Notes: generated from the letters alone by a model not told the origin. 64,000 bases of DNA from Candidatus Latescibacterota bacterium (GCA_965220765.1 OZ244847.1:320646-384645); one strand, 5' to 3'. Shown: positions 1-10,101, numbered from the stretch's first letter. Program-made: numbers and translations.

Positions 1-1269
1 TTCAACCGTCTAAAAACATATCTTCAGGCACTCCTTATAGCTGGCCATGCCGACGAGGCCATTCCTCTGGGCAAAGAATTGATCAACGCCGTCAATTTCG
101 CGCTTGACAACTACGACATCGAAGGAGACATAATTGACGAAGTCCCTGCCTGCATGGAAATTGTGATTCGGGCACTGCCAGCGTCCTCCCTCTCTTCGTC
201 CGAAAAATTGATATGGGCGGTGGACCTGGAATTGGCAGACAGCTACGAACTGTGTTATGACATCTTGGAAAATATATGGAATAATACAAACAAAAAATCC
301 GACTGGAGTGAACTGGCCGACGAATTGCGGAAACGCCTTGCTGTTAAACAGACAGACAAGTACCTCCGAAACCAGTTGACCGGATGGCTCATCGCTGCAC
401 TCGAGCAAACCGGACGCGAGGATGAAATCATCCCTCTACGCGAGCGAGAGGCTGAAATCACTGGCGACTATATACAACTGATAGACCTCCTGATTGAGGA
501 AAAACACTATGAAGACGCCGAAAACTGGTGCCAGAAAGCCATTGCAAACACAGACTCCAATCATCAGGGCACTATCTCAGATATTGAGGACCGGCTACGT
601 ACTATTCGAGAAAAAACGGGTGACCATCTGAGTGCTGCGACCTTTTATGCGGACGACTTTTTCTCGAACCCTTCGCTACATACTTTTCAAGAATTATGCG
701 AGGCAGCACAAAAGGCCAAAGTGGGACCAGCAGTCGAAGCCTGGACGCGCTACTTTATGGAAACAGGACACTTACCCCGCACAAAGGGCAGAAAGCGGAA
801 AGGGGAACCCAATGACAAATGGCCTTTACCAAAGACGGAATTTGAAAAAGACATTGACGCTTCAGAAGGCCCCATGATCCATCTCCTGATCGAACTTGCC
901 ATTGCAGAAAAAAAGCCAACAGAAGTTTTGAAGTGGTACGATCTCAAAGAACCCACAACAAACTATTCATGGGGCTATATGTACACATCATCGCTCAACG
1001 TAGCCCAGGCCATCAAAGAAAAATATCCAGACCGCGCCATAGATATCTGGAAAGAACAGGCCGAATCTGCGATCAGCCGCGTTGAAGTTTCTAGCTATCA
1101 AGAAGCTGGTACCTATCTCCGCGAAGTGCGAGACACATTAAAGCGTCTCAACAGAGAAAAAGAATGGGAAGCGTATTTGAGCGAGTTGAGAGACCAAAAC
1201 AAAAGAAGACCGCGCTGTCTTGAAGTCCTAAATGGTTTGGCAGGCAAGCGCATCATCGATAGGGCATAG
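1..1269 (+). CDS. hypothetical helical (TPR-like?) protein, 5'-truncated by window edge
   Basis: Frame of ORF 79..1269 is open back to nt 1 with no stop; no motif recognised. Confidence 0.45.
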   Translation, partial: FNRLKTYLQALLIAGHADEAIPLGKELINAVNFALDNYDIEGDIIDEVPACMEIVIRALPASSLSSSEKLIWAVDLELADSYELCYDILENIWNNTNKKSDWSELADELRKRLAVKQTDKYLRNQLTGWLIAALEQTGREDEIIPLREREAEITGDYIQLIDLLIEEKHYEDAENWCQKAIANTDSNHQGTISDIEDRLRTIREKTGDHLSAATFYADDFFSNPSLHTFQELCEAAQKAKVGPAVEAWTRYFMETGHLPRTKGRKRKGEPNDKWPLPKTEFEKDIDASEGPMIHLLIELAIAEKKPTEVLKWYDLKEPTTNYSWGYMYTSSLNVAQAIKEKYPDRAIDIWKEQAESAISRVEVSSYQEAGTYLREVRDTLKRLNREKEWEAYLSELRDQNKRRPRCLEVLNGLAGKRIIDRA

Positions 1270-1352
1270 GTTATGTATGAGCGATGGTCCAAACCCGATC
1301 AGGAACGAACGCCCGTAATCCAGCGGGATCATGTCGATTTGCATATCTTCAC

Positions 1353-3686
1353 TCACTGGTCTTCCTCCCCGCGACGAGAATCCGCTGGCAATTCCCCAGT
1401 TTTCGATTCAGCCTGGAGACGTCCGCTGAGGAGATATCGATATAGCTTGAGAGCAAGTCCTTCCTCGTTCTCCTCCAGCCAGCTGCGGGCGACCAGTGTC
1501 AGCACCATCGTTCGGCAGGATTCGTCCGCAACCACAGAGGTCTGGTCTGGCGCGTCCTCCGGCCATATCGCATCGCCAGGACCGAACTGAAACAGGCGCG
1601 CACCTGCGGCGTCGTAGCCGGAAGCCCGGCCCGAAAGCAGCAATTGCAGATCTTCCTGGGACGCATCCGGTCCTGCGATAGTCTCGCCAGCGGAGTACTC
1701 GTGAGGATTCAGATAGCGTTGAAGTCCCTCTATCAAATCCTCGAAATCAATCTGCCGCTCCAGATACCGCTCGAGGTCATCGGCGGCGTGATCCAGCAGC
1801 GAAGCGCGCCGCTCGTCTGCCATATCCACATCCGTATTCCACACCTCAATAACAATATCCTCGCAGCGCTCGAGGGCACCATCCACATTCTGCTCCACCT
1901 GCAACTCATCATATACAGAAGGCGGAAGATTGTGCTCAATCCCGGCCCTCAACCCCCCGGACAATCCGCTCAGAACGACCCGCACCCTGGCCGCGTTTGC
2001 CGTCTGCAAAAACCTGCACAGAACGTTCACCGCCGAAAAGTCAAAACCGGAGACAGCGCCGAAGTCCAGTATCAAGCAAGTGGGACGCGAAGCACCGCTC
2101 AGGGACTGCCTGAGATGATCGGCCAGAGGGCACACGCTGCCAAAAAAGATGTAACCGCGCAGCCGGTATGCATGAACCCGCTCTCCCTCCTCCAGCAAGA
2201 TGGCGCGATCGGGGACAGGACGTGCTCTGTTGCTCGCGTGCTCTCGTGCGGTAAACCGCGATTCAATCAGATCCACGCGGCTGAGGCGCACGGTGAAAAA
2301 CACCAGGGTAGCGAGCATCCCGACAGCCACGCCCTCGATCAGTCCGAAGGACATAATCGTAAAAAATATCAACATAATAATGCCGTACTCCGACCAGGGA
2401 AGCCGCTTACAGCTTGCCACGAGACCCTGGTCCAGCAGGCCAAGACCCGTAAAGATCAGGATTCCGCCTACGAGTGGTGCCGGGACGAATTCCAGCATCC
2501 CGTCGCCCAGGAACAACGCGCCCCCGATGACCAGTGCGGCGACCAGTCCCGTCAACCTCGTTGAGGCCCCCAACAACTTGCTGCGCAGGGACGCCGGGAC
2601 GATAATGGTCGCCACCGTACCGCCACCCAGCCCGGCGATCACACTCGCAACCCCTGTCACGCGGAACTCCCGGTCCCAGTCCAACTCCTGATTCGCAGCC
2701 AACTCGAGACCGGCGAAATTCATGACCACACAGATGAAAGCAACCAGAATCAGTGTCAGCATGTGGGGGATCTGACCGGCGATCAAGGTCCATTCCACCT
2801 GCAGCAGATCGGCGGGCAACAGAGCCGGCCACAGGCTCCCGTCCGCCGTGCTCGTGAGCAGCAAGCCCTCTGCCCGCGCCTCGTCGCCCGAAATGCCGAG
2901 ACCGACGAGTGCGAGATGGTACGCAGCTACGGCAAGTGCGACGCTCACCGACAGGATCAGCGGGCTGCCCCAGCGCTTCATCGCAAGGTACAGGACAATC
3001 CCATACACCGCACCCGGGCTCCACTTCCACAGAATGGGAGGCTCTATGAGTGCGGGAATCAACCACCATTTCAGTTCCGCCCCCATCAACGACATCGCCG
3101 CCAGACACACGACGTCCCCGATACCCGCCACAAATCCGCCTGCCACCGGATAGGGGATGAAGCGCATCAGGTTGGCGAGTCCGAAATGCCCGATCATGAG
3201 GCAGGAAAAGCCGGTGACGACTGCGCTGATGATAAGCGCGAATGCCGTAGTGACGAACAGCGCATCGCCTTCGGCGTCTATCCAGGATCCGATCAGTGCC
3301 ATGACGAGCACCAGTGCGGGAGACAGCCCCGCAATCACCCCGCGGTAGCTACTTGCGAGAGCGAAGACCAGACACGTCGCAAAATTCCCAAACAGCACCA
3401 GGCCGACGCCCTGAGAGGAATAGGAAGCCAGAGGTCCCGAGAATATGAAGCTCCCGAAGGCAACCTGAGCGACGAGCAGACCCAGGCCCGAGGTAAAGCC
3501 GGCTGACAGTGCCGGAACAGCCTTCCCGGACCGGAGATCGGCGCGAAACTCAGATGAAAAGTCTCGGAGTGTGGATAGCATCTTGCGATAAATAGAATAG
3601 TTAATAAGTTCAACAAACCGATTGTCAACATATCTGTTGAAACATCTAAAAACAACAAAAACCATCTGGATCGCGGCTAACAGCAT
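1353..3686 (-). CDS. SulP-family anion permease fused to STAS and C-terminal cyclic-nucleotide-binding-like domain
   Basis: Multiple TM segments with SulP-like glycine-rich helices; STAS-like segment (ILDFGAVSGFDFSAV..VVLSGL); C-terminal cNMP-like segment (YSAGETIAGPDASQEDLQLLLSGRAS..FQFGPGDAIW). Confidence 0.65.
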   Translation of the reverse strand: MLLAAIQMVFVVFRCFNRYVDNRFVELINYSIYRKMLSTLRDFSSEFRADLRSGKAVPALSAGFTSGLGLLVAQVAFGSFIFSGPLASYSSQGVGLVLFGNFATCLVFALASSYRGVIAGLSPALVLVMALIGSWIDAEGDALFVTTAFALIISAVVTGFSCLMIGHFGLANLMRFIPYPVAGGFVAGIGDVVCLAAMSLMGAELKWWLIPALIEPPILWKWSPGAVYGIVLYLAMKRWGSPLILSVSVALAVAAYHLALVGLGISGDEARAEGLLLTSTADGSLWPALLPADLLQVEWTLIAGQIPHMLTLILVAFICVVMNFAGLELAANQELDWDREFRVTGVASVIAGLGGGTVATIIVPASLRSKLLGASTRLTGLVAALVIGGALFLGDGMLEFVPAPLVGGILIFTGLGLLDQGLVASCKRLPWSEYGIIMLIFFTIMSFGLIEGVAVGMLATLVFFTVRLSRVDLIESRFTAREHASNRARPVPDRAILLEEGERVHAYRLRGYIFFGSVCPLADHLRQSLSGASRPTCLILDFGAVSGFDFSAVNVLCRFLQTANAARVRVVLSGLSGGLRAGIEHNLPPSVYDELQVEQNVDGALERCEDIVIEVWNTDVDMADERRASLLDHAADDLERYLERQIDFEDLIEGLQRYLNPHEYSAGETIAGPDASQEDLQLLLSGRASGYDAAGARLFQFGPGDAIWPEDAPDQTSVVADESCRTMVLTLVARSWLEENEEGLALKLYRYLLSGRLQAESKTGELPADSRRGEEDQ

Positions 3687-3759
3687 GCCGCGATGACGGC
3701 ACTTGTTGATAGCTTCTTTTTCACATTTCCTACTTCACACTTCTTGTATCTTAAAAATA

Positions 3760-3779
3760 GGGCGAGGCATGCCTCGCCC
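3760..3779 (-). terminator. rho-independent terminator of the 2-hydroxyacid dehydrogenase operon
   Basis: 20-bp perfect palindrome GGGCGAGGCATGCCTCGCCC followed on the minus strand by TATTTTTAA. Confidence 0.5.
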
Positions 3780-3797
3780 CTACATGGCATTGGAGGT

Positions 3798-3817
3798 GGG
3801 CGAAAAATTTTTCGCCC
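3798..3817. promoter_or_regulatory. second 20-bp perfect palindrome (GGGCGAAAAATTTTTCGCCC) in the SulP upstream region
   Basis: Shares GGGCGA/TCGCCC arms with the palindrome at 3760..3779; no U-tract follows on either strand, so probably a protein-binding site. Confidence 0.35.
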
Positions 3818-3831
3818 TTACATCTTGTATC

Positions 3832-4854
3832 TCACTTCAAAAACCCCTGAACCCGCGGGTGATCGAGCACATCAGTATTCAGCACATCTCTGGGCGTGCG
3901 ACCCTCAAGCGCGTCAATAATTTGTTCTACGCAGCACTCGTCAAGCCGAATAGCGGACTCAACGGTAATACCCGCGTTGTGATTGGTACAGATAATGCGG
4001 GGGTGATCTTCGTGAATCGCACGCGTCTGATTGACGGGATCATCGACCATATAATAATAGAGCCGCTCTTCTTTAATCGCCCGGTTCACCGCCTCATCAT
4101 CCACCAGATTGCCGCGCGAGGGATTGATCACTGAAGCGTGGGGTTTCATCGCGCAGAGCAAATCGTAAGTCACAACCGTATCATCGCCTGAAAGATGGAG
4201 AGAAATCGCATCGCATTCCTCAAAAAGAACGCGGGGATCATCGACCACCTCGGCATCGTATTGCGCGGCGACCTCGTCAATATCCGGACGGATATCATAG
4301 ACGAGCAAACGTCCCGAATCCCCCAGAAGCGGACGCGCGCGCTCCGCCATAGCCTGACCGATCCGTCCCAGCCCCCAGATCCCCAGCGTAGAACCTTCCG
4401 CGTCATAAGTCCTGATAATCTCAAAATTCCCCGCATGGCTATTTCGGTTCAACGTATAAACGCGCTTCAGCGCGGCCATCCACTGCGCGATCGCAAATTC
4501 GGCAACCGTAACCATATGCACAGGGGCAACCGTGACGATAACACCGCAATCAGTCGCGCGCGGCACATCGACCTTTTCAAACCCGACCCCCCAGCGCGCA
4601 ACAATGCGCAAATCGCGCGCCGTGGCGTAAAACTCGGGCGAGAACACAACCGAATCCGCCAGAACACCCACCACACCCTCGGCGTGTTCGGCACCAAATT
4701 CGGACTCAGAGTAAAACGCCACCTCGGCGTAATCGCGCAACCTATCAATCGCCTTTGTCCGCTCCTCAGATGCGAACTCGGGACCCTGCAATTTATCTGT
4801 AATGAGAATTTTTTGAGCCATAATTTTGCCTTTAAAAAATGAGTTGCTATCCAA
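3832..4854 (-). CDS. D-isomer-specific 2-hydroxyacid dehydrogenase (NAD-binding)
   Basis: GIWGLGRIGQAMAERA Rossmann GxGxxG motif; overall fold-family resemblance. Confidence 0.75.
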   Translation of the reverse strand: MDSNSFFKGKIMAQKILITDKLQGPEFASEERTKAIDRLRDYAEVAFYSESEFGAEHAEGVVGVLADSVVFSPEFYATARDLRIVARWGVGFEKVDVPRATDCGVIVTVAPVHMVTVAEFAIAQWMAALKRVYTLNRNSHAGNFEIIRTYDAEGSTLGIWGLGRIGQAMAERARPLLGDSGRLLVYDIRPDIDEVAAQYDAEVVDDPRVLFEECDAISLHLSGDDTVVTYDLLCAMKPHASVINPSRGNLVDDEAVNRAIKEERLYYYMVDDPVNQTRAIHEDHPRIICTNHNAGITVESAIRLDECCVEQIIDALEGRTPRDVLNTDVLDHPRVQGFLK

Positions 4855-5740
4855 TCAGCGGCAACAAAGTATCAGCAGTCTTCTTCACCAGAAAAGTGTA
4901 AAACTCCTCACTCAACAGACTGCTCCCGTGATCCTGAATAAATTTTAGCTCCTCGGGCGTAATATCAACGGGATTGGTCTCAACCGCATTGGGGTATTCA
5001 TTCGCAGGCGTCCGATCAATCGGCGCGACAAACTCCACCGTCAGCGCGTCATCATACCCCACCTCTTTGAGCGTCGCCACCAATTTTCCCCAATCCCAGT
5101 TCCCCAGCCCACACGCCATGCGATTATTATCCGCCACGTGAAAATCCACGAGCCGGTCACCGGCGTCTCGGATAGCTTGATACGGATCCGCCTCTTCGAT
5201 ATTGATATGAAAAGCATCTAAACACACGCCGCAATTCGCACCCGTCGCCTCTGCCAGAGCAAGTGCCTGAGCACCCCGGGTAATAAAATACGTCTCAAAC
5301 CGATTGATGGGTTCAATAGCGAGGCGAACTCCCTCACTTTCGGAATGATCGTAAACCTCCTGCATGCCCGCCACAGCCCATTGCCATTCCTCATCGGGCG
5401 TGGCATCCGGTTCGATTTTCCCCACAGTAGCCGGCACCACAGTCAGCTCATACCCATCGAGTTCTTTGACCATCGTAACACAATCCTTGACGTATTGCAC
5501 GGATTGTGCCCGAATCCCCACATCTTTGGCCAGCATATTGCGGTCGCCCATCATCAACGTCACCGCTCCCCAGCAGCGGATATTGTATTTACCGAGCAAA
5601 GCACGCACCTCTGACGTATCATACCGCTCGGGTTCACCACTCAGTTCAATACTCTCGTACCCAAATTTTGCCAACCTCTCAAGCGTGACTTCGAGAGACT
5701 CCGACCGCATCCAATTGTGCATAGATAAATGCATCATCAA
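4847..5740 (-). CDS. sugar phosphate isomerase/epimerase (xylose-isomerase-like TIM barrel)
   Basis: Family resemblance (FGYESIELSG..., metal-binding E/D/H pattern); overlaps neighbours by 4-8 nt, indicating an operon. Confidence 0.65.
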   Translation of the reverse strand: MMMHLSMHNWMRSESLEVTLERLAKFGYESIELSGEPERYDTSEVRALLGKYNIRCWGAVTLMMGDRNMLAKDVGIRAQSVQYVKDCVTMVKELDGYELTVVPATVGKIEPDATPDEEWQWAVAGMQEVYDHSESEGVRLAIEPINRFETYFITRGAQALALAEATGANCGVCLDAFHINIEEADPYQAIRDAGDRLVDFHVADNNRMACGLGNWDWGKLVATLKEVGYDDALTVEFVAPIDRTPANEYPNAVETNPVDITPEELKFIQDHGSSLLSEEFYTFLVKKTADTLLPLIG

Positions 5741-6555
5741 CCTCCCTGAACAATAATATCCGGCGTATTTTCAACGCGCCCCCACCAGAGCGCCAAATCA
5801 AAAGTGGGATCTCCCGTCAGAAAACGCCAGAACTTGATGCGATTCATAAGCTCAATGCGATGGCGTTGCCCGTGCCAGGGAATCTTCTGGTTGAGTGCTT
5901 GTTTAACCTCGGGACTATCGAGATCGTCGGTATTCCACAAACGCTGCTGCCGAACCGTGGGATTGAGGCGCAGCTTAAACATATACCGATCCCTATCCGT
6001 AAAATTGCTCCGCGCCGAATGCCATATATTGGTATGCCAGAAAAACATCGTCCCCGCTTCGCAAACCGCCTGCACCTGTCCTATGATATTTTGATAGCGT
6101 TTGATCTCCGCTTCGTGAACCCGGCGAAACTGCGTGCCCGGCACAAAAAGCGTACCCCCGCTTTCCAGCGGCGTATCTTCTGGAAAAAAGGAAATCTGAA
6201 TATCGAAATGCAAATCGCGAACATCGTATTCGGCATCCTGATGCAAATTGGCACCCTTGCGCGTATTTGCCGGCGTAAGATGCGCCGCGTGGTGATCGTA
6301 TCGCGGATTGGGACCCACCAGACTGTGAATAATCGCTGCCACTTTGGGCAGGCGAAAAACCTTGCCAATAGCTTCATCGGGCCAGGACTCGCTAAAAGGT
6401 GAACCCATCGGAGCGCGGCGCCTCAGCTTGCCCGTACTCATCTCGTCATGGGCAGCTTCGCAGAGTTCGCGCGGCACCAGATTGTCAAAACGCAAAAAAC
6501 CCGTACTTGCAAACTGCGCCATTTCTACAGACGTAAGCAAAAGATTTTTATCCAT
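5737..6555 (-). CDS. phytanoyl-CoA dioxygenase (PhyH) family Fe/2-oxoglutarate oxygenase
   Basis: HQDAEYD (HxD iron-binding motif) and PhyH-like N-terminal region. Confidence 0.6.
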   Translation of the reverse strand: MDKNLLLTSVEMAQFASTGFLRFDNLVPRELCEAAHDEMSTGKLRRRAPMGSPFSESWPDEAIGKVFRLPKVAAIIHSLVGPNPRYDHHAAHLTPANTRKGANLHQDAEYDVRDLHFDIQISFFPEDTPLESGGTLFVPGTQFRRVHEAEIKRYQNIIGQVQAVCEAGTMFFWHTNIWHSARSNFTDRDRYMFKLRLNPTVRQQRLWNTDDLDSPEVKQALNQKIPWHGQRHRIELMNRIKFWRFLTGDPTFDLALWWGRVENTPDIIVQGG

Positions 6556-6838
6556 CTATAGCCTCCATTTTTTCCAGGACAAATTCAAAATCGAGATAGT
6601 CATTTTCGTATTCGCGTCCAACTTGCGGCGTTTTCAGAAAAGGCACCTGAATAACGCGCCAGCCATCGCGCATGGCATCCAACACAGAATTATAAGGCGG
6701 CTCGGCATCTTCACCTGCAGCTTCAAACACCTCATCAGTTGTCCCATCGTAAAGCGACCAGCCAACAACTTCACTCTCCAAACTGGAATTGCCCAGATAG
6801 AGAAAGAGAAGTTTTTGTCTCAGTTGTGTTTCAGGCAT
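6548..6838 (-). CDS. hypothetical protein (96 aa), first gene of the PhyH operon
   Basis: ORF with 8-nt overlap to the downstream gene. Confidence 0.4.
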   Translation of the reverse strand: MPETQLRQKLLFLYLGNSSLESEVVGWSLYDGTTDEVFEAAGEDAEPPYNSVLDAMRDGWRVIQVPFLKTPQVGREYENDYLDFEFVLEKMEAIDG

Positions 6839-6869
6839 TCGCAGATTCCTTTTAATAAATAGGGAGTTA

Positions 6870-7097
6870 TCAAACGAGGTTTTTCGTTGGAATCGTTCTT
6901 AAAAGATTCCCCATCACTTTTTTTGCATTAAAGATATCGATCAGATAAACCTGATTATCTTTAAATTCAACCGTAAAACCATCTCCTTCGATCACCTGGT
7001 CAGGTATGCCTCGCATATCTCGCCGAAAAAAGAGAATATTTCCGGTTTGAGGATCGATCTTCTTGTCAAAAAGTTCAGGCTTAAAGTTTAAATCCAT
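6870..7097 (-). CDS. hypothetical small protein (75 aa)
   Basis: ORF only. Confidence 0.3.
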   Translation of the reverse strand: MDLNFKPELFDKKIDPQTGNILFFRRDMRGIPDQVIEGDGFTVEFKDNQVYLIDIFNAKKVMGNLLRTIPTKNLV

Positions 7098-7137
7098 CGT
7101 TTTGCCTAAAAACAGTGCCTTTTTTTATTTATCTGTT

Positions 7138-7437
7138 TCATACATCAAACACCAGCACATCATCGACAATTGGACGTATAAATGTCTGGCTGAGAGCTTT
7201 GTGATCCGGATGTGGCAAATAAAAGTCTCGCGCAGCCTCATCCGCAAACCGAATAATAAATCCCCAGTCATACCCGTAATTTTTGCCCTCCGGGCTATTG
7301 TTATACCCGCCCGAAATCTCTTCCATTCCCGGGATACTACCCTTTTCTTTAAGCGCAATCAAACCATCGTGGAGCGCCCGGGTCTGTTCCCGCGTAACCC
7401 CATCTTTGAGCTTGAGAAGAACAATATGATCTATCAT
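7138..7437 (-). CDS. Dabb (stress-responsive A/B barrel) domain protein
   Basis: MIDHIVLLKLKDGVTRE... 99 aa, typical Dabb length and N-terminal pattern. Confidence 0.6.
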   Translation of the reverse strand: MIDHIVLLKLKDGVTREQTRALHDGLIALKEKGSIPGMEEISGGYNNSPEGKNYGYDWGFIIRFADEAARDFYLPHPDHKALSQTFIRPIVDDVLVFDV

Positions 7438-7449
7438 AAAAAAATCCTT

Positions 7450-9837
7450 TCACGTTACTGCGCGTTTCCGGTGCAAATTCCAAACACACCACAGAACAAG
7501 CGCGTAAGCCACAGCGGCAATATAAAAATTAATGGATATCCCAAATATAATAGAAACAAACACAGCCAGAGCAGAACACAGCACACCCATAATCCCGTTC
7601 AGTGCCCAGAACCACGGCGTCTCATCTTCATAATGGGACTGAACCAGACGCATACCCGTCGGAAAAAATAGCCCCATGAGCATCCCCACGGGAAAAATGA
7701 CCAGAACAGACATCAGTATTTTTGTCGTTGTATCCTCAGCCATCATATGGGACAGCAAATAGTGGAGTACCGTATTGAGAGCAACAACACTCACCGCCGT
7801 TATAATAGGAAAAACATAAACCCACGGCTTTCGCGTAAGCGGAAGATGATCGCTTACAAAACTGCCCATACCCGTGCTTGCAATAAGTGTAAACAGCAAT
7901 ATACCCAGCGAATAGATGGGATGTCCAGTAAATACGTTGAGCCGTTGAATCAGGGCAATCTCCACAAACATAAAAGCCGAGCCAATCAAAGAAAAATACA
8001 ATGCACCGAACCAGAAACCGCGTGTTTGCATCAACGTTGGGGGTCTATGGGCAAACCACAAAGGCACCCCAATCGTCGCAACAGCGAATACCCCGAGCAC
8101 AATCAAAAGCGCGAGAAGCGTAATCATAGCTCTTAAATTCCCGCTGATAACGCCCTCTTTCACGCTCAGTGCAGTCCCTATGTGATTCAGCTTCAACATA
8201 TTAAAAAAATAGGGATTGTCATCTGTCGGCGGGCTGTAATCGAGTTCGGCATGGGCTATGGCTTCTGCGAGTTGATTTGAGGATTGGGCAGATAAAATTT
8301 GCCTCAAAATGGGTTCAGCAGGCAAACTATCGGGCACATGCACAATCTGATATTGCAACTCCTCGCACACCTGTCTCAACCGGTTAACATCGGACTCACT
8401 CAGCGGCTGCCGGCAAATCAGCAAAGTCGAAATATCGCCAATTGTGATCAGTGCCATGTGATCGGCCGGTCTTTTTACCTTGAGTCGCAAAAGCGATTCA
8501 ACGCCCAAACTCAATACCCGACCGGTTTCCCCAATATGTTCGGCACTATACCACCGCGACACCGCAAAAATACCGTCTTCTGTCAGACGGCCGAGAAATG
8601 TCTGCCAGGCTTCCACAGTATAGAGCGCATTTTCAGACAGTGAAAATGCACCCGCGCCCGTCGCTGCCCAGGTATCGATTAACGCCATCTGAATAACGGA
8701 AAACTGCGTGCGACTTTGCGACAAAAAACTGCGCGCATCATCAACCACAAACGTCACGTCATCCCGATTGGCAAGCCCCGCAAAATCGCGAAACTCATTC
8801 TGAAGCAAATCGACAAAAATCGGATTGACCTCAATACCCAAAACCGCGTCGTGACCAAAAAAGAGCGCACTCTGGATATCTTTCCCTCCGCCCACACCAA
8901 TAATACACGCTTTGCCCCGTCTATTGAGATAATATCCGACATTTGTGATATCATAACGCAGATGTTCAATATCTCTGGGTGAAGCAAAAGATCTAATAGC
9001 CGTACCCGCTGCTCCGTCAATCGTCATCCCGTGAAAAAAAATCTTCTCTCCCTCCGCCACGGGACTACCGCCCCAGAGTTGCGGAGACAAAAATTGCTGG
9101 CGATAGACAACAACGCGCGAAAAGGAATTCCACCGTTCTAAAATCTGGTCGTGAAGTCTTTGAAATCTCTCCTTCACAAACATCGGACGAATGCCATGTG
9201 GGGTCTGGGCATTGAGAATCCCCAACACAAAAAACAGCAACGCGAACGCGATATAACGACGAACAGAGCGAGACTGCACAACACGGGCAAAACATGCACC
9301 AGATAGCGCACCAATACCGCTACACCACAACATCAAACTCGGCGCATCAAGGATCTCGAGACCACCCAGAACAATTAGACAACCAGCAGAAGCACCTGTC
9401 AAATCACTGGCATACAGCCTGCCAATCGGCGCATTGAACCGCGTCAACACAGTCGTGATAACAAGGCCCGCATAATAAAACGGCCAGGCGCAGACCAGAG
9501 TAGCTACAAAAAGCACGATCAGACTCAGAATACTTTTGTAAAAGCCGATAGGCAGAACGCACAAAAGGATCAGAGACGCGGGAATAGACAGCGCAAACCC
9601 GGCACATGCGCGAGTAATCGCTTCGATCTTATTCTCATCGTCAAAGCGCTCTTTTTGTACATAGACCTGGATAGCCCCCGCCGTCATACCCAGCATGGCA
9701 ATAGAAATTGAAAAAAATGCCAGATGGTACCATGTAATAACACTCAGCAGACGCACCAGAACAATCTGGATCGCCAGCGACGCCAAAGCGATTAAAAAAA
9801 GACCCGTATAAGCTGCGATTGAACGTTCGTCTTTCAT
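7450..9837 (-). CDS. spermidine/spermine-synthase-like aminopropyltransferase domain embedded in a polytopic membrane protein
   Basis: N- and C-terminal multi-TM regions; central methyltransferase-fold segment (IIGVGGGKDIQSALFFGHDAVLGIEVNP). Confidence 0.6.
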   Translation of the reverse strand: MKDERSIAAYTGLFLIALASLAIQIVLVRLLSVITWYHLAFFSISIAMLGMTAGAIQVYVQKERFDDENKIEAITRACAGFALSIPASLILLCVLPIGFYKSILSLIVLFVATLVCAWPFYYAGLVITTVLTRFNAPIGRLYASDLTGASAGCLIVLGGLEILDAPSLMLWCSGIGALSGACFARVVQSRSVRRYIAFALLFFVLGILNAQTPHGIRPMFVKERFQRLHDQILERWNSFSRVVVYRQQFLSPQLWGGSPVAEGEKIFFHGMTIDGAAGTAIRSFASPRDIEHLRYDITNVGYYLNRRGKACIIGVGGGKDIQSALFFGHDAVLGIEVNPIFVDLLQNEFRDFAGLANRDDVTFVVDDARSFLSQSRTQFSVIQMALIDTWAATGAGAFSLSENALYTVEAWQTFLGRLTEDGIFAVSRWYSAEHIGETGRVLSLGVESLLRLKVKRPADHMALITIGDISTLLICRQPLSESDVNRLRQVCEELQYQIVHVPDSLPAEPILRQILSAQSSNQLAEAIAHAELDYSPPTDDNPYFFNMLKLNHIGTALSVKEGVISGNLRAMITLLALLIVLGVFAVATIGVPLWFAHRPPTLMQTRGFWFGALYFSLIGSAFMFVEIALIQRLNVFTGHPIYSLGILLFTLIASTGMGSFVSDHLPLTRKPWVYVFPIITAVSVVALNTVLHYLLSHMMAEDTTTKILMSVLVIFPVGMLMGLFFPTGMRLVQSHYEDETPWFWALNGIMGVLCSALAVFVSIIFGISINFYIAAVAYALVLWCVWNLHRKRAVT

Positions 9838-10101
9838 AGGCTTTATCTATACAATATAGGGGTGGTGTCTATCCGTATATCCGTATATCCACCCCGAAGG
9901 TACACCGAATCGGCAAACTCATCAAGCCCAATACATCCACCGCTCGTTTTCGGGAATATCAGGCAAAAAAGAATTGCAAATGTTTGTTAATATCTTATAT
10001 TAGTAAGTACCCACTCATCTTTATAGTGTGGCTGGAAAAAACAGGGGAATTATGAATAAATCTATTTGACTTTGAATTTCTTATTTTGCATACTAAACAG
10101 C

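Noticed and set aside
1644-2564. 306-aa plus-strand ORF
   Set aside because: It is antisense to the SulP transporter and has low-complexity Arg/Pro/Gln-rich composition.
3798-3817. Second palindrome as an intrinsic terminator
   Set aside because: There is no U-tract after the stem on either strand, so it is reported instead as a putative binding site.
4195-4842. 215-aa plus-strand ORF
   Set aside because: It is fully antisense to the 2-hydroxyacid dehydrogenase gene, which has a clear GxGxxG motif.
7063-7671. 202-aa plus-strand ORF
   Set aside because: It overlaps the Dabb gene and the 3' end of the membrane aminopropyltransferase gene on the opposite strand, and its translation is low-complexity.
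9871-9887. Possible CRISPR-like or tandem array (TCCGTATA x2)
   Set aside because: There are only two 8-nt copies inside a hairpin loop, with no spacers and no cas genes.
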